NCBI GenBank assembly: GCA_965223845.1 | Contig: CBDCXR010000004.1 | Coordinates: 5,472,001-5,536,000, forward strand | Length of the DNA stretch: 64,000 nucleotides | Source: Planctomycetota bacterium | Lineage (GTDB): Bacteria > Planctomycetota > UBA8108 > SXIK01 | Direction of reading: 5' to 3' | In this document: positions 10,501 to 18,607 of the stretch, one piece after another | Layout: every line of letters begins with the position of its first letter | Numbering within the stretch: the stretch's first letter is position 1 | Made by a program: the position numbers and the translations under genes | Notes under the pieces: model-generated | The model's database searches: none | What the model was told of the DNA's origin: nothing | What the model saw: the letters and a program-made list of their open reading frames with translations, nothing else

Positions 10501-12882
10501 GTGGAGGTCGAACTGCCACACGTTCTGAAACGCGACCGGGAGAAGAGCTGGATCTCCTGCGCGAGCGGGCGCGGTGAACTTCGTGAGTCGCTCCACACGT
10601 TCGGAGCTGCGCACGGGAATGGAGATCTTGCCGAAATCTACCGCAGTACAAATCTTCTCGAGATGGGAAACGTCGACATCACGCGAGCGGTTGAGAAAAA
10701 CGCTCACCGCATTCCCCTGACGATTCGTCGCGACGACGTCGGTGCGGCCATCGCCGTCGAGATCTCCCCCGCCCGCCCAGCGGATCTCTCCCCGCGCCTG
10801 AAGGAGAATCGGCGGCAGAAACTCGCCTCCAGGGGAGTTGAGGAGAACGCGGACCGCCGAGTCCGAAACGCTCCCGCCCACGATGTCTATGCGGCCGTCG
10901 CCGTCGACGTCGAGCGGCGTGATGCCGAAGAGATTGCTTCGAGTGCTCAAGAGCCCTCCGAGCTCGAACAGTCCGGCGCCCTGGTTCCAGATCAGATGGA
11001 TGCCGCCCCCTTGGAAGTCCGTCGCTGCGAGGTCCGGATCGCCGTCGCCGTCGAAGTCCGCCGAAGCGATCGCGAACGCGCCCCCGACGCGAATCGCGTT
11101 TCGCGAAACGAACTTCCGCGACTCGATCTGCTCGTTGAGGACGACCCCGGTACCGGTGACAACCGCGATGTCGGGAAGCCCATCGCCGGTCAGATCGCGG
11201 ACGACGTGGCTCCAGCCGTTCACACCCAAGCGTCCGATCGCCTCGTACTGAAAGTCCGGACCAAAGTACGTCCCGAGAGCTGGGCCCGAGGCGACGATGT
11301 CGCGCTCGCCGTCGAGATCGAGATCGATCGGGGTGACCACTTGGCTTCGAAAGCGTGTCGGCCCGCGCGTGAACCGACCTTGACCGTTGTTGAGAAGCAG
11401 AGTTCCGGTCTCCGGAGCGAAGATATCGACATCGCCGTCTGGCTCGAAGTCACCGATCTGAAAGAGATGAACGTCCGGAACCGAATAGCGCTCGGTAACC
11501 GCGATCTTTCCGGTGCCGTCGTTCATGAAGATCGCGATCGAGGGAGGCCGAATCGCCGCGGCGACGTCCTCGTCTCCGTCTCCGTCGAAGTCGGCGACCG
11601 CCCCCCAGTGCGCGAGCGAGATCGGATAGTGGACCGGCTCGAACTCGAGCACCCGAACCGGCGGCGCGTCGTGACGAGATTCGGCGTAAACGAGACCGTC
11701 CGTCACCGCGACGATGTCCGGTACGCCATCTCGGTTGATGTCGGCGCTGGCGGGCCGCGCAAGCGCGGTGGTCGTGAAGATCCCCGAATCGGCGAAGGAC
11801 TCGATCTCTCCCTCGGAATCGCCGCGAAGAAAACCGAGCCGGCGGTCGTTGCCAAGAGTAAGCGCGATGTCGAGGTCGCCGTCGAGATCCGCGTCGAAGA
11901 CCTTCGCACCCGTGGCGCGGTCGAGCTTGACCGAAGTCGAACCGGTAAAGCCGCCGGCGCCGTCTCCCAGGTACACTTCCGCGCGCGTCGTCGTGACGAC
12001 GACGAAGTCGAGGTCGCCGTCGCCATCCCAATCGGTCGGGATGAGCGTCTTCAGCGATCTCTCTCCGACGGGAAACGCCGCCCCTTCGGTGAATCGCCCC
12101 GCGCCGTCGCCGGCGTAGATCGTGACATCGTCTGAAGCGGTCGAGACGGCCGCCACGTCGATGAACTCGTCCCCGGTAAACTCACCGAGTGCGGTCATCG
12201 TCACGGCGTCCTTGACGGGAGTCTCGATCCCTTCGCCGAGCCCGTCTGGCCCCCCCGCAAAAAACGTGATGAAATCGGCGCGCCGAAGATTGATGAGAAC
12301 ATCATCGAATCCGTCGCCGTTGACATCACCGATCGACGTATCGCGCGGATCCGCCGAGAGCTCCAGCCGCGACTCCTCGCGCCAAAAGCTCTCGCCTTCC
12401 CCCGCGTTGTTCTCGAGGTAAATCGCTCCGAAACTCCCCCACACGACGAGATCGGAGTACCCGTCCCCGTTGACGTCTCCAGTGGCCATCTTCGACGGGC
12501 GCGCGGAGAGTTCCATGGTTTCCGCGCGAGTGAGCTCGCCGCTCGGATCACTCGTCCACGTGCGGATCAGACTCCCCTCGGCGGCACTCGCGAGTAGAAC
12601 TATGTCGGGAGAGTCGTCGCCGTTCGCGTTGGCCATGACGACTGCCGACGCGCGACTCTCCGCCGGGATGATCAGAGACTTTGCCCGGTACGCGATCGGC
12701 GTGCCTTGGCACTCGTCCGGAATCCCGTCCTCGTTGCAATCGGCACTCGTCGCGGCGGCGATATCGTCGTCGTCTTCGACGCCGTTCAGATTGCAATCCG
12801 CCGCGTCGAGGGTCGAAGCCGCGACGGCGAGACAGACCCCCAACCACGCCCCGCGGACACAGAGTGATGGACGACTCGTCAT
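7516..12882 (-). CDS. Large secreted protein: DCNxNG repeat + FG-GAP repeats + phosphohistidine domain + PPDK/GWD-type ATP-grasp domain + unknown domain + dockerin-like domain (paralog 1)
   Basis: Signal peptide MTSRPSLCVRGAWLGVCLAVAASTLDA; many GDxxGDGxxDxV repeats; GELSHLAIRTARRGTPN; FGGKATN, RGFAIP, RFRSSSNVEDALEFNGAGLY, VWASLW, MGILV, DVEFK, KQVRP; RGDTNIDG...DANDDE dockerin. Confidence 0.85.
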   Translation of the reverse strand: MTSRPSLCVRGAWLGVCLAVAASTLDAADCNLNGVEDDDDIAAATSADCNEDGIPDECQGTPIAYRAKSLIIPAESRASAVVMANANGDDSPDIVLLASAAEGSLIRTWTSDPSGELTRAETMELSARPSKMATGDVNGDGYSDLVVWGSFGAIYLENNAGEGESFWREESRLELSADPRDTSIGDVNGDGFDDVLINLRRADFITFFAGGPDGLGEGIETPVKDAVTMTALGEFTGDEFIDVAAVSTASDDVTIYAGDGAGRFTEGAAFPVGERSLKTLIPTDWDGDGDLDFVVVTTTRAEVYLGDGAGGFTGSTSVKLDRATGAKVFDADLDGDLDIALTLGNDRRLGFLRGDSEGEIESFADSGIFTTTALARPASADINRDGVPDIVAVTDGLVYAESRHDAPPVRVLEFEPVHYPISLAHWGAVADFDGDGDEDVAAAIRPPSIAIFMNDGTGKIAVTERYSVPDVHLFQIGDFEPDGDVDIFAPETGTLLLNNGQGRFTRGPTRFRSQVVTPIDLDLDGERDIVASGPALGTYFGPDFQYEAIGRLGVNGWSHVVRDLTGDGLPDIAVVTGTGVVLNEQIESRKFVSRNAIRVGGAFAIASADFDGDGDPDLAATDFQGGGIHLIWNQGAGLFELGGLLSTRSNLFGITPLDVDGDGRIDIVGGSVSDSAVRVLLNSPGGEFLPPILLQARGEIRWAGGGDLDGDGRTDVVATNRQGNAVSVFLNRSRDVDVSHLEKICTAVDFGKISIPVRSSERVERLTKFTAPARAGDPALLPVAFQNVWQFDLHLEFLRETFPERFDGLTFEVYEQLVSRRATRDYFIGNLYQLRIDSKRLYGFHVITGYDADARELPRRDEVAALYAQLEPLLPLGELVYFPADEATRENAESWGDVDFPVVFEEFTSGVEFIPYTSGVAYGRVRVLDADGFRALNEAGGISFQEILVLERSPRDIEGVIGGVITGEPQGELSHLAIRTARRGTPNAFVRNAAAAFAAHDGELVRLEVTDETYTVGRANVEEAERWWRENRKQLSVAPEIDLEYSDLTGLEAIAAQAELGNAVRRFGGKATNFAVMQTVMTGEFERYRARGFAIPIQPYLEFMESNRIPSYLDEGREVSYAEYVAELLDDNEFRTSPAFRFDALKNLREHIENESVVDGSLVRRIALKIATEFGSTQNAVRFRSSSNVEDALEFNGAGLYASTSGCAADDLDADANGPSHCDAARRDERGVARALRIVWASLWNFRAFEEREFFSVPQDRVGMGILVSRAFSSERANGVAFTGNPLDVLDERFIITAQIGERSVVSPEPGEIPEKTLLSLENGEVIDIERSASSSLTAPGESVLDDEQLRELGRLLSHLEAEFPLDLGDKNPLSIMLDVEFKIDQEGALAVKQVRPFLSNAEVPPTPTLFVDVPEDLDLCGAFVVGRKPQETYELKSRIRLPAGEYELPTTQRITHYDLVESVEFGPERVLGEPASPGRFRFSRIGTPASPVFEFDYEQSFLLPDGRELILRFSRLRFGVPARNGAGSRRTLSDLLASGLVSVDATLEEENQAPLAVEYRSCTYDTLPLWHVEVLTEEGPRFRMTERFAPVEDITATGPAALVKAELILDAESEELMVVEDYWRLVYTAGRHNLGVRYWVLLDEPVPMDGLPEPVAVVEIAVPDELFDTQEVFYLNEQFARIGQGTVTDESRRQISRSKEYVRGDTNIDGRVNLADAMRLLGHLFQGEPAPQCQKTADANDDESINLSDAISILQHLFGGVEMPSPSICGPDPTPDLLGCTRYVCRN

Positions 12883-12991
12883 AGCGCGGCCCCCCGCTGG
12901 TTGCGCCGGCATCGTCACCCGCGGCCTCCCGAACCCTTCGCCTCCACTGTGACCGCGGCGCGCGGGTCTCGCCATCAGATTTCGCGCTCGG

Positions 12992-15900
12992 TCAGGGAAT
13001 CCGCGGGCAGTCGTAGCGCCGGCAGTCGAGTCGATCCGGGGTCGGGTCCGGCTCACACCCGGACGGAGGCGGCATCGGAACGCCGCCGACGAGATGCTGA
13101 ATGATCGCGAGCGCGTCGGAGATGTTGACCGCCGCATCGTCGTTTGCGTCGGCCGTCTTGAGGCACAGAGGCTCGCGCTCCGGGCCGAACAGATGGCCGA
13201 GAAGGTAGATCGCGTCGCTGAGATTCACCGATCCGTCGGCCGTCGCGTCGCCGCGCACGAAACTCGCCTGGACGCTGAGCTCTCGACGAATCGACGAGCG
13301 AACCGCCGCCTCTCGAACGAGTTGGAAGCGCTCGCCGAGGTACCGCACTCTTCCGCGAGGAAAGAGTTCATCGGGGACGGAGACGTCGATGAATGCGATC
13401 GGACCTCCGATTCCCGACACGGTCACGGGTTCCTCGAGGACGATCCAATACCGCACGCCGAGGTTGTGACGGCCGGCAGTGTAGACAAGCCGCCAGTAGT
13501 CGCGAACGGTCTGCCTTTCGTGCCCGCGGAACTGAATCTCCGCCTCGACGAGCTCCGCGAGTCCCGTCTCCTCGATGTTCTCCTTCGGCTCGAAGCGTTC
13601 GGTAAAGACGAAGCGATCCGCGGCGTCTGTCGTCACCTGAACTAGCCAGAGAGGTAGAAAATCGTACGAGCACGAACGAAAGGAGAGCGCGAGCGGCGGT
13701 TCGCCCGCCTCGGCAACGACACCGTCGAAGAGAACTGAACGAGAGAGGCGCTCATCGGAAAGCTCGAGCGGGCGGCGAGCGACACCCTCTCTCGGAAGGG
13801 CGAACTCGAGACCGCTCAGACTGAGCGCGAGCTCGCGGCCGTCGTCGAACCGAAGCGTCTGCTCGTACTCGAAACGAAAGCGCGGTGCCCCCGTAGTTCC
13901 GACACGCGCGAGGCGAAACAGTCCGGGGCCGAGCGGCTCTCCCCGGGCGCGATTCTGTCCGAGCTCGACCGAGAGGACGAGATCGTGCTGGATCGTCCGC
14001 TGCGATGTCGGAAGCGAGAACTCGCCCGCGCGGAGTCGGAGACGACCCTTCAGCTCGTACGCGGCTCGCGGGTCGCGACCGACGACGAAGGCGCCGCAGA
14101 GCTCCGTGCCGGGCGGGATCGCGATGGAAAACGTCGGGCTCGGCGGCGCCTCGACGTTCGACAGAAACGGGCGCACTTGCTTCACCGCGAGCGCTCCCTC
14201 GCGGTCGATCTTGAACTCGACGTCGAGGAGGACGCGAGCGGGATCCACTTCGCCGAGCTCGAGCGGGAACGTCTCGACGAGGTGGGCAAGAAGTCGGCCG
14301 AGCTCGCGGAGCTGGTCGTCGGTGAGAACGGGATCACCCGGTGCGGCGAGAGACGACGGCGCCGAACGCTCGATGTTCGTCACTTCGCCCGCGGTCACCT
14401 CGAGAAGCGTTCGCTCTGGGATTTCCCCGGGCTCCGGACTCACGACACTCCGCTCGCCGACTTGCGCCGTCACGATGTAGCGGCCATCGAGAAGGTCGAG
14501 AGGATTCCCGGTCAGCGCGACGCCGTTCGCGCGCTCGTCCTGGAACGCCTTGCTCACGAGAATTCCCATTCCGACCCGATCGTGATCGACCGAGAAAAAC
14601 TCGCGCTCCTCGAAGGCGCGAAAGTTCCACAAACTCGCCCAGACTACGCGGAGCGCTCGTGCGATTCCGCGTTCGTCGCGCCTCGACGCATCGCAGCGCG
14701 ATGGACCATTTGCGTCCGCATCGAGATCATCGGCCGCGCAACCCGACGTCGACGCGTAAAGACCCGCCCCACTGAACTCGAGTGCGTCCTCGACGTTCGA
14801 CGAGGAGCGGAATCGCACCGCCGCTTCCGTCGCTCCGAACTCGGTTGCGACCTTGAGCGCAACGCGGCGGACAAACGCGGGGTCGACGACCCCGTTCTCG
14901 ACCATCTCCTCGCGAAGAACGCGGAGCGCGCTAAAGCGATACGCGGGATCCGTGCGAAATCGATCGTCGACGAGGAGCTCAGCGACGAACTCCGCGTAGG
15001 ACACATCGCGCGTCTCGTCGATGAACGAGGGACGGCGGTTCTCGCGCATGAAGTCGAGATAGTGCCGCATCGGGATCGCGAACCCGCGCGCGCGGTAGTG
15101 CTCGAAATCGCCCGTGAGCGCGGTCTGAAGCTTCGCGAAATTCGCAGCCTTTCCGCCGAAGCGACTCTCGGCGACTCCGGTCGCGGCCTGGATCGCGATC
15201 TCCGCTAACGAATCGAGCGATTCGTACTCTTCGTCGAGGTTCGGGTCCGTCGACAGTTTGCGCCGGTTCTCTTCCCACCAGCGCTCCGCCTCGTCGACGC
15301 TCGCTCGATCGATCGAGTATCCGTCCTCCGTGACTTCGAGACGGATGAGCTCGCCATCGAGCTCGGCGAACGCCTGAGCTGCGCCCCGAACGAACGCGTT
15401 CGGCGTCCCGCGCCGCGCGGTTCGGATCGCAAGGTGGCTCAACTCGCCTTGAGCCTCCGCGGTGATCACTCCGCCGACGACACCTTCGATGTCGCGCGGC
15501 GAGCGCTCGAGGACGAGGATCTCCTGAAAGCTGAACTCTCCCGCGTCGTTCGCCGCGACAAACTCGGCCGCGTCGAGAACGCGGACGCGGCCGAACGTGA
15601 CGCCGGTCGTGTACGGGATGAATTCAACTCCCGAATTGATCTCGGCAAAGTGAATCGGAAACTCGACCTCACCCCAACCCTCGGCATTCTCGCGCGTGGC
15701 GGCGTCCGCCGGGAAGTAGACGAGCGGCCCGAGGGGAAGTAGCGGCGCCAGCCTCGCGTAGAGATCGGCGATTTCCTCGCGCCGGGGAAGCTCGCGAGGA
15801 TCGGCATCGTAACCCGCGATGACGTGAAAACCGTAGCTGCGCCCGACGTCCGTGCGGATTTGATAGACGTTTCCTATGAAGTACTCTCGCGTCGCGCGGC

Positions 15901-18355
15901 GGGAAACGAGTCCTTCGTACTCGCCCGGCGTCAGAGCACCGAATCGATCGGGAAACGTCTCCTTGAGGAATTCGAGATGGAGATCGAATCTCCAGACGTT
16001 CTGAAAAGCGACGGGGAGGAGAGCCGCATCGCCGCTCCGAACGGGTGCGATGAACTTCGTGACGCGCTCGATCGTGCTCGATCCATGCACCGGGATCGAG
16101 ATCGAGCTGAAGTCGAGCTCGGTGCAGATTTCCGTCCGGTGCGACACGTGCACGTTGCGCGTCCGGTTGAGGAACACGCTCACGGCGCTTCCTCTGCGAT
16201 TGGCGACGACGATGTCGCTCCGGCCGTCACCGTCCATGTCGCCGGGTCCGGCCCAGCGGGGCTCGCCGGGAACGGGAATGCGGACCGGCGGTTGAAATCC
16301 GCCGTTCACTCCGCCGAGGAACACGCGGACGAGATCATCGCCGATGCTCGCCGCAACGAGATCCGTACGCCCATCGCCGTTGGCCTCGAATGGCCTGATC
16401 CCGAACACGCCAGGGATGCGATGGGGCACGAGCTCAACGATCCACTCGAGCGCGCCCTCGTTCCACAAAAGAGTGAGATCACCGGATTCGACGTCCGACG
16501 AAATGAGGTCGACGTCGCCGTCGCGATCGAAATCCGCAGACGCGAGATGAGTCGCGCCACTGACCGGGACCTGGTGCCGCACGACGAATCGGCGAGCCTC
16601 GGTCTGCTCGAACACGAACACGGTCGACCCTCGGATGGTTGCCAGGTCAGCGAGCTCGCTTCCCAGGAGGTCGTCCGCAACTAGCGCCAACTCACGCGCA
16701 CCGAAGCTCGCGATCTCGCTGTACTCGAGCTCCGGACCGTATCGGACGCCGAGCCCGGGCGCGGCGCTGGCGATGTCCACGTGACCGTCCCGGTCCACGT
16801 CGAGGACTCGGACGATTCGGCCGCTGAACACCCTGCGCTCGAGCTCGAAGACACCCGAGCCATCGTTCAGAAAGACAGAAGACGCCTCCGGAACGAGAAG
16901 ATCGAGATCCCCATCGAAATCGATGTCGACGATCTGGAAGAAGTGCACCGAGTCGACGGAGTACGATTCGATCGGCCTTAGATTCCCCGCACCGTCGTTC
17001 CGGTAGACTTGAAGCGCTGGAGGTCGAATCGCGGCGACCACATCGAGATCACCGTCGCCGTCGAGGTCGCCGGTCTCCCCCCAATGAGCGAGCTCAATCG
17101 GGTAGTGGGTCGGGTCGAACTCGAGGGGAGTCACCGGCGCGGCGTTGCCGCTCGACGTCGCGAGCGAGACGCCGCGCCCGAGGACCGCAACTTCCGGAAC
17201 TCCATCACCATTCAAGTCGGCGCTCGCCGGTGAAGTGAACGCCGCGTCCGAGGACAAGCCGCTGTCGACCAGGGATTCGATCGTCGATGCGTTCCCATTG
17301 CGAAGAAAGGAAAGCCGCCGGCTGCCGCCCGAGGTGATCGCGATGTCGGGGTCGCCGTCGTGATCGACGTCGAAAACGTCCGCGCCGGTGGCTCGCTCGA
17401 GCGGCACTGCCCCCGAGCTGCGAAAATTCCCGGCGCCATCGCCGCGATAGACCTCCGCGCGATCGAACGTGACGAGAGCGAGATCGAGCGCTCCGTCTCG
17501 GTCCCAGTCGACGGGCCGAAGCGTCTTGATCGCCGTCGGGCCGATCGGAAACGCGGTGTGTTCGACGAAACCCCCGTTTCCGAGCGAAGCGTAGATCGTC
17601 ACGTCGTCCGAAACCGTCGACACCGCGGCGACGTCCAGGCGCTCGTCGCCCGTGAACTCACCGAGAGCGGTAAACGTGACGCCCTCCTTGATCGGTGTGG
17701 CCACAGGCTCGCCGGGCCCTCCTGCCGTACCCGGAACGAACGCGAGCTCGCCCGTGCGGCGAGTGCTAGCGACCCAATCGACAAAACCGTCGCCTTCGAC
17801 GTCGCCCGTGACGATCCACTGCGGAGACTCGGGAGTCGTGACGAGCATCGCTTCGCGAAAGAAATGCTCGGAGTCGCCGGCCGTATTCTCGACGTATCTC
17901 GCGCCGAAGGATCCGTAGACGACGATGTCGTCGAGGCGATCGCCGTTGAAGTCTCCGACGGCCATCTTCCTCGGGGCGTCGGAGAGCTTGATCGCGTCCG
18001 CGCGCGAGAGACGGCCGCTCGCGTCACTCGTCCATACGTCGAGGCGGGACTCGCCTCCTTCGGTCGTGAGCACGATGAGGTCTGCGTGTGCGTCCGCGTC
18101 TACGCGTCCGAACGCGATGGCGTTCGCCTTGATCTCGCCCGGAAGAGGGGTCTCGAGCTCGTACGGAGTCGGCGTGCCCTGACACTCGTCGGGAACGAGG
18201 TCGCCGTTACAGTCTTCGATCGTCCCATCGGCGATGTCTTGAACATCGCTGATGCCGTTTAGATTGCAGTCGGCCGCCCATGCGACCGCAGCGAGACCCA
18301 CGAAACACCACACCCCGGCAACCCGTGACACTCGGAATCCGTGACGATGCGTCAT
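12992..18355 (-). CDS. Large secreted FG-GAP / phosphohistidine / ATP-grasp dikinase-like / dockerin protein (paralog 2)
   Basis: Colinear with 7516-12882; signal peptide ending ...GLAAVAWA; same motifs (LSHLAIRTARRGTPN, FGGKAAN, RSSSNVEDALEFSGAGLY, KQVRP); RGDATADG...DANDDA dockerin. Confidence 0.87.
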   Translation of the reverse strand: MTHRHGFRVSRVAGVWCFVGLAAVAWAADCNLNGISDVQDIADGTIEDCNGDLVPDECQGTPTPYELETPLPGEIKANAIAFGRVDADAHADLIVLTTEGGESRLDVWTSDASGRLSRADAIKLSDAPRKMAVGDFNGDRLDDIVVYGSFGARYVENTAGDSEHFFREAMLVTTPESPQWIVTGDVEGDGFVDWVASTRRTGELAFVPGTAGGPGEPVATPIKEGVTFTALGEFTGDERLDVAAVSTVSDDVTIYASLGNGGFVEHTAFPIGPTAIKTLRPVDWDRDGALDLALVTFDRAEVYRGDGAGNFRSSGAVPLERATGADVFDVDHDGDPDIAITSGGSRRLSFLRNGNASTIESLVDSGLSSDAAFTSPASADLNGDGVPEVAVLGRGVSLATSSGNAAPVTPLEFDPTHYPIELAHWGETGDLDGDGDLDVVAAIRPPALQVYRNDGAGNLRPIESYSVDSVHFFQIVDIDFDGDLDLLVPEASSVFLNDGSGVFELERRVFSGRIVRVLDVDRDGHVDIASAAPGLGVRYGPELEYSEIASFGARELALVADDLLGSELADLATIRGSTVFVFEQTEARRFVVRHQVPVSGATHLASADFDRDGDVDLISSDVESGDLTLLWNEGALEWIVELVPHRIPGVFGIRPFEANGDGRTDLVAASIGDDLVRVFLGGVNGGFQPPVRIPVPGEPRWAGPGDMDGDGRSDIVVANRRGSAVSVFLNRTRNVHVSHRTEICTELDFSSISIPVHGSSTIERVTKFIAPVRSGDAALLPVAFQNVWRFDLHLEFLKETFPDRFGALTPGEYEGLVSRRATREYFIGNVYQIRTDVGRSYGFHVIAGYDADPRELPRREEIADLYARLAPLLPLGPLVYFPADAATRENAEGWGEVEFPIHFAEINSGVEFIPYTTGVTFGRVRVLDAAEFVAANDAGEFSFQEILVLERSPRDIEGVVGGVITAEAQGELSHLAIRTARRGTPNAFVRGAAQAFAELDGELIRLEVTEDGYSIDRASVDEAERWWEENRRKLSTDPNLDEEYESLDSLAEIAIQAATGVAESRFGGKAANFAKLQTALTGDFEHYRARGFAIPMRHYLDFMRENRRPSFIDETRDVSYAEFVAELLVDDRFRTDPAYRFSALRVLREEMVENGVVDPAFVRRVALKVATEFGATEAAVRFRSSSNVEDALEFSGAGLYASTSGCAADDLDADANGPSRCDASRRDERGIARALRVVWASLWNFRAFEEREFFSVDHDRVGMGILVSKAFQDERANGVALTGNPLDLLDGRYIVTAQVGERSVVSPEPGEIPERTLLEVTAGEVTNIERSAPSSLAAPGDPVLTDDQLRELGRLLAHLVETFPLELGEVDPARVLLDVEFKIDREGALAVKQVRPFLSNVEAPPSPTFSIAIPPGTELCGAFVVGRDPRAAYELKGRLRLRAGEFSLPTSQRTIQHDLVLSVELGQNRARGEPLGPGLFRLARVGTTGAPRFRFEYEQTLRFDDGRELALSLSGLEFALPREGVARRPLELSDERLSRSVLFDGVVAEAGEPPLALSFRSCSYDFLPLWLVQVTTDAADRFVFTERFEPKENIEETGLAELVEAEIQFRGHERQTVRDYWRLVYTAGRHNLGVRYWIVLEEPVTVSGIGGPIAFIDVSVPDELFPRGRVRYLGERFQLVREAAVRSSIRRELSVQASFVRGDATADGSVNLSDAIYLLGHLFGPEREPLCLKTADANDDAAVNISDALAIIQHLVGGVPMPPPSGCEPDPTPDRLDCRRYDCPRIP

Positions 18356-18607
18356 GCGGGCCCTCCGATGCTTTCGGGCGGAAAGGTCGACCCGGACTCA
18401 CCGGTCCACTTTGACCGCTGTTTCGAAGCGGGGCCAGGAGTATTCGGCTTCAGAGACCGAGTCCAGCTCCACCGGCTGACGGGCCCGGGACGGGCACGCC
18501 AGGATTCCGGGCAGGCTGAGCTCGAACTGTCGTTCCCTTCAACAGAGCCCGAAGTCGACGGAGCGCTTCGGGATCCGTCGATCGGCCCCTTTTTCGGAGG
18601 ACGACCC

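Noticed and set aside
9220-12135. 971-aa plus-strand ORF, and similar long antisense ORFs (34073-37351, 45904-47409, 56480-58552, 43877-45871, 30898-32496)
   Set aside because: Shadow frames opposite well-supported genes; high GC and codon bias remove antisense stops; no recognisable motifs.
12883-13137. Long N-terminal extensions in the ORF track (e.g. starts 13137, 7464, 18341, 32631, 33140, 26282, 40680, 50470)
   Set aside because: Downstream starts have an RBS, a signal peptide or translational coupling, and mostly avoid overlap with adjacent genes.
7516-18355. Annotation as ordinary PEP synthase/PPDK or rifampin phosphotransferase
   Set aside because: Domain order is His then ATP-grasp, no pyruvate-binding barrel is recognisable, and the proteins have signal peptides and dockerins.
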